Below are positions 57,342-64,000 of a stretch of DNA of 64,000 nt, piece by piece. Within the stretch, counting starts at the first letter, position 1. The number at the start of each line of letters is the position of its first letter. Source of the stretch: Omnitrophica WOR_2 bacterium RIFOXYA2_FULL_38_17 (lineage in GTDB: Bacteria > Omnitrophota > Gorgyraeia > Zapsychrales > Zapsychraceae); NCBI GenBank assembly GCA_001805965.1, contig MHHG01000052.1, forward strand, positions 13,930 to 77,929, read 5' to 3'. The position numbers and the translations under genes were made by a program. The notes beneath the pieces are model-generated. The model made no database searches. It was not told the origin of the DNA and saw only the letters and a program-made list of their open reading frames with translations.

Positions 57342-58849
57342 TGAGAATACTGCTTGTATATTCCTCTTTGTATAAAGTTACCGGTTTGCCGCTTGGTGTT
57401 GCATCTTTAAATGCAATTCTTAAAAATAATGGACATGAAGTTTCAATATTTGAAACCACATTTTATTGTATAGATGAGTCTTCGGTAGAGATTCGTGACA
57501 GAGAAAATCGGTTGATGGCAAAAAAAGTCAGTAATGAAGATGAGCATTTAGGTACGGACCACTCGAGTAATATATTTGATGATTTAAAATTACGTTTATC
57601 AGAATTCAAACCTGATATGATGGGGATTTCTATTTTTGAATCGACTTATTTGCTGAGTAAAAAATTATTTGCTGTAGCAAAAGAAAATATTCCGTCAATA
57701 ATTACTATTGCTGGAGGGACATTCCCGATGTTGGCACCAGAAGTGGTTGTTGATGATAAAAATGTCGATATAGTCTGTGTCGGGGAAGGAGAAAATTCGC
57801 TGTTAGAATTATGTGATGCTATTGACGGTAACCTGGATTTTAGTCATATCCAAGGGATGTGGATTAAATCAAATGGTTCAATTATTAAAAATAGTATTGC
57901 TTCAATTCCTGATATAAACAAGCTGCCACCACCTGATTATACAGGTTTTGACTCTCGTTTATTTTATAAACCAATGCAAGGTAAGTATTATAAGATGGTC
58001 AATATTGAGACTTCACGTGGCTGTCCCTACAATTGTTCATACTGTGCATCACCCGCATTTAAATCAAAATATAAGAAGATAGACGGGTGTTCATATTTTC
58101 GTACTCTGAATATTGACAAAATTATGTCTCAGATATATTGCCAAATTGATATTCATAATCCTGAATTTGTTTATTTTTCAAGCGAAACGTTTTTAGCAAT
58201 GCCAGAAAGTGATTTTGAAGTTTTTATTAAAGAATATAAGAAAGTTAACCTGCCATTTTGGTTTCAGACTCGGTTTGAAACAATAACCGAAGAAAAAATA
58301 AAAAAGTTGCAGGAGGTAGGATTGTATTGGATGACACTTGGTGTTGAACATGGAAATGAAGAGTTTAGAAAAAAAGTTCTCAACCGCCATTATAAAAACC
58401 AAATAGTAGAAGCTGGTATGCATGTATTGAATAATTGTGGAGTGGGAACAACATTAAACAATATGGCTGGATTTCCGTTTGAAACCCGGGAATTAGTTTT
58501 TGATACCATTAATCTGAACAAGAAGTTGCTATCTATAAATCCACTAATTGAAACAAATTTATATATATTCGCTCCTTTTCGAGGGTGTGCACTATATGAT
58601 TTATGTGTTTCGGAAGGTTTTCTCGATAAAACGGACTTTATTAACAGTACTGATCTAAGCGATGAATCATTATTGAAATTTTCGGATGAATTTAAACAAG
58701 ATTTGAAGGGATTACTCAAAACTTTTAACCTGTACGTACGTTTAAATGAAGAATATTACCCGCGTATCAGGATTGCTGAAAAGGATGATGAAGAAGGTAA
58801 GCAAGCGCATAACGAACTTATGCAAATTGTAATGCAGCAGTCTAGGTAA
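57341..58849 (+). CDS. B12-binding-domain radical SAM enzyme (class B)
   Basis: IETSRGCPYNCSYCASP plus an N-terminal B12-binding-like Rossmann segment. Confidence 0.85.
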   Translation: MRILLVYSSLYKVTGLPLGVASLNAILKNNGHEVSIFETTFYCIDESSVEIRDRENRLMAKKVSNEDEHLGTDHSSNIFDDLKLRLSEFKPDMMGISIFESTYLLSKKLFAVAKENIPSIITIAGGTFPMLAPEVVVDDKNVDIVCVGEGENSLLELCDAIDGNLDFSHIQGMWIKSNGSIIKNSIASIPDINKLPPPDYTGFDSRLFYKPMQGKYYKMVNIETSRGCPYNCSYCASPAFKSKYKKIDGCSYFRTLNIDKIMSQIYCQIDIHNPEFVYFSSETFLAMPESDFEVFIKEYKKVNLPFWFQTRFETITEEKIKKLQEVGLYWMTLGVEHGNEEFRKKVLNRHYKNQIVEAGMHVLNNCGVGTTLNNMAGFPFETRELVFDTINLNKKLLSINPLIETNLYIFAPFRGCALYDLCVSEGFLDKTDFINSTDLSDESLLKFSDEFKQDLKGLLKTFNLYVRLNEEYYPRIRIAEKDDEEGKQAHNELMQIVMQQSR

Positions 58850-58855
58850 AATTTT

Positions 58856-60616
58856 ATGATTGTAATAGATTATCTTTTTTTGGTTAATAAGTCTTCTAAG
58901 GAGTCATTGTATCAAAAAAAATGGTTTTATTTGGGGACCGATTATAAGAAGATCAAAGTGTTGCAAAATAGTTTTTTGAAAGCTGATGGTTATGTGGATG
59001 TATTCCATGAGTTAAAATCAATACAAGAGGAGTATAAGCAAGAATTCATTGATTTTATAGGTTCTTTATCAGTCAAATATGATTCCTTTCAATGGTGGGC
59101 TTCTTCTGTGTCTGAAAAAGGGATGTTTGAAGGCCAGCCGTTGTTTATGGAGTTTTGCTATTTTAAACTTATCAAGCAGTACATGAATCAAGATGTGTTG
59201 ATAGTTCTAGATAATTTAACATTATTGGAAGCAGTTCAGCAGAATTATAATGTAAAAACGTATATTTATCAGAAAAGCAGTTATATTGCTGAAATCATTG
59301 GATATTTTAAAAGTAGAGCAAAGTTTTTTATAATGCACTTTTTCAGAAAGAAAGCCCCAGATTGTTATATTTCAGGAAAAAAATATATTGGCTTGATTTC
59401 TTGGGTTGATGATCGAAATACTGAATCTGGTGATTTTGAAGATAGTTATTTTGGAAAATTGTTTTCAAGTAAAAAAAACAATGATGAATTTTTGTATTTA
59501 CCCAATTTCATATTTAGAAAATATAAAGATGAAGCATTCGCAGCCTTAAGAAAGGAATCCATTAATTATTTTAGTTTATTCGATAATTTTACAAAGCTGG
59601 ATGTCCTTAAAGCGCTTTTTTTATCAATGGGTTTTAATTTTGACAAAAATGAAAAGTTTATTTTTGATGGCGAAAATGTAAGTTTATTTATAAAGCAAAA
59701 ATTAAAAGATGATTGGTTGGCTAATAGGTTATCGAAATATTATTTGTTGTATTTTGCAGTAAAATGCTTAAAACAAAAAGGTGTTTTTCTTGATAAAGTA
59801 GTTTATTTGTTTGAAAATCAGCCGTGGGAAAAAATACTTTGTTATTCTTTTAAAGAATTCTATCCCGAAGTTGAATTGATTGGATTTATGCATTCTGTTA
59901 CATTGCCATATTTGCTCAGTTTGTATCCTTCTCAGAACGAAAGAGAAATAATGCCTCAGCCTGATAAAATATTTACAACAGGTCAATTGTTTTCAGAAGA
60001 GTTGAGAAAATATTATGACAAAACAAAAATTGAAGATGCGTGTGCTTTTAGATACGAATATTGTTTTGAGAATAAAGTTATAAGTAAGAATAAAAAAAAT
60101 GTAATATTAGTCGCGTTGGCGTCTGATGTTGAAAAAAAAGCTGAGATGATTGATAAAATTTATTATGCATATAAAGATAAGAAAGAATACCGTGTTTTAA
60201 TAAAGGACCATCCGGCGAATCCTGCAAATCTTGAATCAATATTTAATAATGAATTGCCCGATAATTTTGAAATAGTTAATCAGCCGATATCTGAATTGTT
60301 GAGCAGTTCATCGCTTGTAATCAATGCAGATTCTACAGTGGGGTTTGAAGCCTTGAAATTTCGAGTACCTGTTATTGAAATATTGTTTAATGTAAACTCA
60401 AATATGAGTCCAATAGATTATTTTCAAGGAAAAAAATATAAATGTCTTACGCCTAATGAAATTTTAGATACAACAAACACAATTCTAAACATGCCTCATG
60501 ACGAAAAAAATAAATACTTCCTGGAAGTTGATAGTTTTCTTGAGAGTTGTTTTAATCCAATCAAGGATGAATATATAGCGAAGATTTGTAATAAAAGGCA
60601 AAAGGAGTATTTTTAA
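58856..60616 (+). CDS. Large uncharacterized protein with GT-B-like C-terminal half (third member of the ~600-aa unknown trio)
   Basis: 586 aa; C-terminal NVILVALASD...LIKDHPANP...INADSTVGFEAL resembles a TagF/KpsS-like nucleotide-sugar-binding half. Confidence 0.4.
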   Translation: MIVIDYLFLVNKSSKESLYQKKWFYLGTDYKKIKVLQNSFLKADGYVDVFHELKSIQEEYKQEFIDFIGSLSVKYDSFQWWASSVSEKGMFEGQPLFMEFCYFKLIKQYMNQDVLIVLDNLTLLEAVQQNYNVKTYIYQKSSYIAEIIGYFKSRAKFFIMHFFRKKAPDCYISGKKYIGLISWVDDRNTESGDFEDSYFGKLFSSKKNNDEFLYLPNFIFRKYKDEAFAALRKESINYFSLFDNFTKLDVLKALFLSMGFNFDKNEKFIFDGENVSLFIKQKLKDDWLANRLSKYYLLYFAVKCLKQKGVFLDKVVYLFENQPWEKILCYSFKEFYPEVELIGFMHSVTLPYLLSLYPSQNEREIMPQPDKIFTTGQLFSEELRKYYDKTKIEDACAFRYEYCFENKVISKNKKNVILVALASDVEKKAEMIDKIYYAYKDKKEYRVLIKDHPANPANLESIFNNELPDNFEIVNQPISELLSSSSLVINADSTVGFEALKFRVPVIEILFNVNSNMSPIDYFQGKKYKCLTPNEILDTTNTILNMPHDEKNKYFLEVDSFLESCFNPIKDEYIAKICNKRQKEYF

Positions 60617-60622
60617 TCAATT

Positions 60623-62185
60623 ATGAAAAAAGAAAATAATTTTAAAGTGCTGCTTGTATACCCAAATTTAAGTTTAATGAAAATACCTTCTTTAGCGATT
60701 GCTTTATTTACAGCTATTCTACGAAAAGAAAAGTACCAGGTAGATTTGTTTGATGCCTCAAATTATATAAGCCTTAAAGATGAAGATCATGATGATAGAA
60801 GAATGGGGAGTTTTCAATATCGTAAGCTTGATAAGAAATTGATTAATTGGAATGTGAAAACTAACCTAACGGAAGATTTTGTTGAAAAAGTAAAGGAATT
60901 TTACCCAGACATTATAATTATGTCTGTTGTTGAAGATACGTTTCAGCAAGGCATTGAGTTGCTTTGTCTTATTGAAGAGTTTAAAATACCAAATATTATA
61001 GGAGGAGTATTTCCTACAATGGCACCGGAAGAAGCTATCAAGCCTGAATGTGTAAACATGGTTAGCATTGGTGAAGGTGAAATTACAATAAAAAAAGTTT
61101 GTGAACATATTAGAAAGGGAGAATCATGTGAGGGAATCCCCAATGTTTGGTTTAAGCGCGAGGATGGAACTGTTGCAAAAAGCAAACTAGAAAAATTAGT
61201 TGATATTAATGATACATTGCCTGATTATTCATTATTTGAGGAAGATAAATTTTTAAGGCCATGGGGAGGTAAAATTTATAAAACGATCGCTATAGAATCT
61301 GTAAGAGGATGTCCTTACGAGTGTACTTTTTGCAATTCGCCTATGCATAATAAGCTTGCTGTTGATGCTGGTGAAAAAACGTTTGTGCGTAATAAAAAGA
61401 TATCTGTATTGGAAAACGAAATTAAAATACTGTCAAAAAATGTTCAACCAGAATTTTTTATGTTTGTTGATGATACGTTTTTAACAAGACCTGAAAAAGA
61501 ATTTTACAAATGGTGTGAAATGTACAATAAATACAAAATACCATTTTGGATGAACACTAGAGTTGAATCAGTTACAAAAAAAAAATTAGAAGCATTAAAA
61601 AATGCAGGGTGTCAGCGGATTAGCTTTAGTCTTGAGCAAGGAAATGAAGAGTATAGGAAAAAACATCTCAAAAAACAGTTTTCAAACAAAATGTTTTTAG
61701 AAAAAGCTATTATTGCTTCACAATGCAAAATCCCTTTTTCAATAGATGTTTTGATTGGTCTGCCGCATGAAACAAGAGATTTAGTTTTTGATACTATAGA
61801 AGTAGTTCGGCAGGTACCTAGCTATGATGCTTTGACAGTTAATATCTTCACGCCATACAGAGGTACTGAGCTTAGAGATGTAGTTGTTAACAATGGTTGG
61901 TTAGATAAAAATATTTTTCCATCTGGAATTTCCGGATCGTCATTATTGAAAATGCCTAAGCCTTATCTTCAGCCTACAGAAATTGATGGGTTGTTCAGAA
62001 CTTTTTCATTTTATGCCTTTTTCCCTAAAGCATGTTGGGAAAATATTCGTCTGGCGGAACAGTTTACAGAAGAAGGTAATGCGCAGTTTAATAAGATTGG
62101 AAAAGAATATTATACTAAGAAATTTGGGGATGAGGTAACAACATTTCATAATAAACAGTATCTAAAAAAATGTACTGATAGTTAA
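60623..62185 (+). CDS. B12-binding-domain radical SAM enzyme (class B)
   Basis: IESVRGCPYECTFCNSP plus an N-terminal B12-binding-like segment; paralogous to the 57341 gene. Confidence 0.85.
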   Translation: MKKENNFKVLLVYPNLSLMKIPSLAIALFTAILRKEKYQVDLFDASNYISLKDEDHDDRRMGSFQYRKLDKKLINWNVKTNLTEDFVEKVKEFYPDIIIMSVVEDTFQQGIELLCLIEEFKIPNIIGGVFPTMAPEEAIKPECVNMVSIGEGEITIKKVCEHIRKGESCEGIPNVWFKREDGTVAKSKLEKLVDINDTLPDYSLFEEDKFLRPWGGKIYKTIAIESVRGCPYECTFCNSPMHNKLAVDAGEKTFVRNKKISVLENEIKILSKNVQPEFFMFVDDTFLTRPEKEFYKWCEMYNKYKIPFWMNTRVESVTKKKLEALKNAGCQRISFSLEQGNEEYRKKHLKKQFSNKMFLEKAIIASQCKIPFSIDVLIGLPHETRDLVFDTIEVVRQVPSYDALTVNIFTPYRGTELRDVVVNNGWLDKNIFPSGISGSSLLKMPKPYLQPTEIDGLFRTFSFYAFFPKACWENIRLAEQFTEEGNAQFNKIGKEYYTKKFGDEVTTFHNKQYLKKCTDS

Positions 62186-62199
62186 TAAGGAATACTAAA

Positions 62200-63189
62200 A
62201 TGATAATATCAAAAACACCTTTAAGAATGAGTTTTGTGGGTGGAGGATCAGATCTTTCCGATTATTATGGCCATGCAGAAAGCTCTTTTGGGTCTGTGGT
62301 TAGCACAGCCATTAACAAATATGTTTATATTCTAGTGAATAAAAGATTTGGTGATGAATTAAAAATTAGCTACTCGATTGTTGAGTATGCAAATAGTATA
62401 GAAGAAATCCAACATAATTTAGTTAGAGAATGTTTGAAGTATTTGAATATTCGAGAAACTATAGATATTACATATATGTCAGACTTTTTACCAGGAAAAG
62501 TTGGTTCAGGTATAGCTGGGTCAAGTGCTATTGTGGTTGGAACTTTAAATGCATTACATGCCTTTCGCGGAGAGCATGTTTCTTCTCATCAACTTGCAAA
62601 AGAAGCCTGTGAAATTGAAGTAGATATTCTTAAACATCCTATTGGGAAACAGGATCAATTCGCAGTTTCATATGGAGGTTTTAATCACATACAATTTAAT
62701 GCGGATGAGAGTGTATTTGTTAACCCCGTAATTTTTAACAGGGATATTCGGAAGAAACTAAATAGAAATTTGATTATGTTTTATACAGGGATAACTGCCA
62801 GGTCAGATACGATCTTAACGGAGCAAAAGGAAAAAACAAAAATAAATTTAAAATTTCTAGATAAAATGGTGGAGATGTCAATTGAATTAAAAAAATCTCT
62901 GGAAGAAAATGATCTAACCAAATTTGGAGATTTGTTACATGCAAACTGGGAGCTTAAAAAGAAATTGTCTAGTAATGTTTCAAATGAATTGATCAATAAG
63001 TATTATGAAAAGGCTAGAGTTGCAGGTGCTATTGGTGGTAAAGTTTTAGGATCTGGAGGTGGAGGCTTTTTATTGTTTTATTGTGAAGAAGAAAAACAGG
63101 ATAATGTCAGAAAGGCTCTTTGTGATTTAAAAGAAGCACCTTTTAGATTTGAGCAACAAGGAAGTCGGATAATTTATGTGAGTGATTAA
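62200..63189 (+). CDS. GHMP-family sugar kinase (D-glycero-D-manno-heptose-7-phosphate-kinase-like, HddA-like)
   Basis: LPGKVGSGIAGSSAIVVG GHMP motif II and GSGGGGF motif III. Confidence 0.78.
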   Translation: MIISKTPLRMSFVGGGSDLSDYYGHAESSFGSVVSTAINKYVYILVNKRFGDELKISYSIVEYANSIEEIQHNLVRECLKYLNIRETIDITYMSDFLPGKVGSGIAGSSAIVVGTLNALHAFRGEHVSSHQLAKEACEIEVDILKHPIGKQDQFAVSYGGFNHIQFNADESVFVNPVIFNRDIRKKLNRNLIMFYTGITARSDTILTEQKEKTKINLKFLDKMVEMSIELKKSLEENDLTKFGDLLHANWELKKKLSSNVSNELINKYYEKARVAGAIGGKVLGSGGGGFLLFYCEEEKQDNVRKALCDLKEAPFRFEQQGSRIIYVSD

Positions 63190-63210
63190 GAAGGATTTTG
63201 GGAGATTAAA

Positions 63211-63771
63211 ATGGATTTTATTAAAAATTATTTAAAAGATTTAAAAAACAAGTTAGATGAATTGCCGATCGATAAAATTGAAGAGTTAGCAGCAATTCTC
63301 GAGAATGCTCGAAAGAAAGGCAAAAAGATTTTCATTTCAGGAAATGGAGGTAGTGCATCAACAGCCTCCCATTTTGCTTGTGATTTGGGAAAAGGAACAG
63401 TAAAAGATCATCATGATATTAAAGAAACTAGGTTTCAAGTTATTTCTTTATTGGATAATATGGCTACTTATACTGCATATAGTAATGATTTTGGTCATGA
63501 TCACGTTTTTTCACAACAACTTTGTAATTTGGTACAGCCCGGAGACATAGTTATAGTAATAACTGGTAGTGGAAATTCGAAAAATATTATAAAGGCTGTT
63601 GAAACTGCTATAGAAAGAAAGGCAATAACAATAGGTTTCGTTGGTTTTGATGGGGGCATATTAAAACCGATGCTTGATCACTACATCCATGTATATTCTG
63701 ATCACTATGGAATAGTTGAGGATGTTCATTTAATATTAGCACACATGATTAGTTACTATCTTATGAAGTGA
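63211..63771 (+). CDS. gmhA: Sedoheptulose-7-phosphate isomerase (SIS domain)
   Basis: ISGNGGSASTASHFACDL SIS/GmhA signature; 186 aa. Confidence 0.85.
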   Translation: MDFIKNYLKDLKNKLDELPIDKIEELAAILENARKKGKKIFISGNGGSASTASHFACDLGKGTVKDHHDIKETRFQVISLLDNMATYTAYSNDFGHDHVFSQQLCNLVQPGDIVIVITGSGNSKNIIKAVETAIERKAITIGFVGFDGGILKPMLDHYIHVYSDHYGIVEDVHLILAHMISYYLMK

Positions 63772-63856
63772 TTATTTTTTTTAGAGAATAATTGAAGAGA
63801 ATTTATTTTTAAATCTTATAGCACGATACTATTTTAGTATGATAGAGGAGATCATA

Positions 63857-64000
63857 AATGAAAGAAAAAATTCTAATAACAGGTATTACAGGTTTTGCAG
63901 GATCTCATTTGGCTGATTTATTACTAGAAAAGGGAGATTCCGAAGTTTATGGTATAAAACAATGGAATCTTACTAGGTTAAGGAATGCAAGACACCTATT
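63857..64000 (+). CDS. 5' fragment of an NDP-sugar 4,6-dehydratase/epimerase (GDP-mannose/heptose dehydratase-like), truncated by the window end
   Basis: MKEKILITGITGFAGSHLADLLLEKG Rossmann start; continues past the window edge. Confidence 0.6.

Noticed and set aside
1-64000. Looked for mobile elements, integrase or transposase genes, tRNA-like sequences at the island boundaries, direct repeats and CRISPR-like arrays
   Set aside because: None recognised: no transposase or integrase motifs, no tRNA-like cloverleaf-suggestive segments noticed, no periodic direct repeats. The island appears chromosomally embedded, at least within this window.

Overview
Low-GC (roughly one-third G+C by eye) bacterial chromosomal segment, tightly packed and almost entirely coding on the + strand from ~5.9 kb onward, with many 1-8 nt start/stop overlaps that suggest translational coupling. 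I saw no rRNA, tRNA, CRISPR array, transposase or integrase.

The first ~10 kb is housekeeping and anaerobe-typical: class III ribonucleotide reductase NrdD/NrdG, a CcdA/TlpA thiol-disulfide pair, MetF, and an RF00174-like cobalamin riboswitch with its own terminator hairpin driving a TonB-dependent (BtuB-like) receptor.

From ~10.4 kb to the window end is one very large surface-glycan / nonulosonic-acid biosynthesis and tailoring island. Its parts are:
- A Dlt-like O-acylation module (ACP + FkbH/HAD-IIIC loader + SGNH protein + MBOAT).
- A complete pseudaminic-acid core (pseB, pseC, fused pseG-pseH, pseI) plus a PseA/HisH/HisF-like acetamidino trio and an MsbA/PglK-like ABC exporter.
- A second, SAF-less NeuB-family synthase with its own cytidylyltransferase and class III aminotransferase.
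- Three CMP-sugar cytidylyltransferase paralogs in total.
- Four B12-binding radical SAM enzymes and two SPASM-type radical SAM enzymes.
- At least six SAM methyltransferases.
- Three large uncharacterized GT-B-like proteins.
- A sulfation module: APS kinase, a putative sulfotransferase, and an ATP sulfurylase carrying an N-terminal pyruvate-kinase barrel domain.
- A hydroxy-acid module (2-hydroxyacid dehydrogenase, cupin, SDR, cytidylyltransferase, HAD phosphatase).
- GDP-heptose genes (hddA-like, gmhA, partial dehydratase) at the right edge.

The most novel-looking pieces are the FkbH-ACP-MBOAT-SGNH relay, the PK-domain::ATP-sulfurylase fusion inside a glycan island, and the repeated pairing of B12-radical-SAM genes with paralogous ~600-aa unknown proteins.

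All product calls rest on motif-level reading of the translated ORFs; no searches were run.
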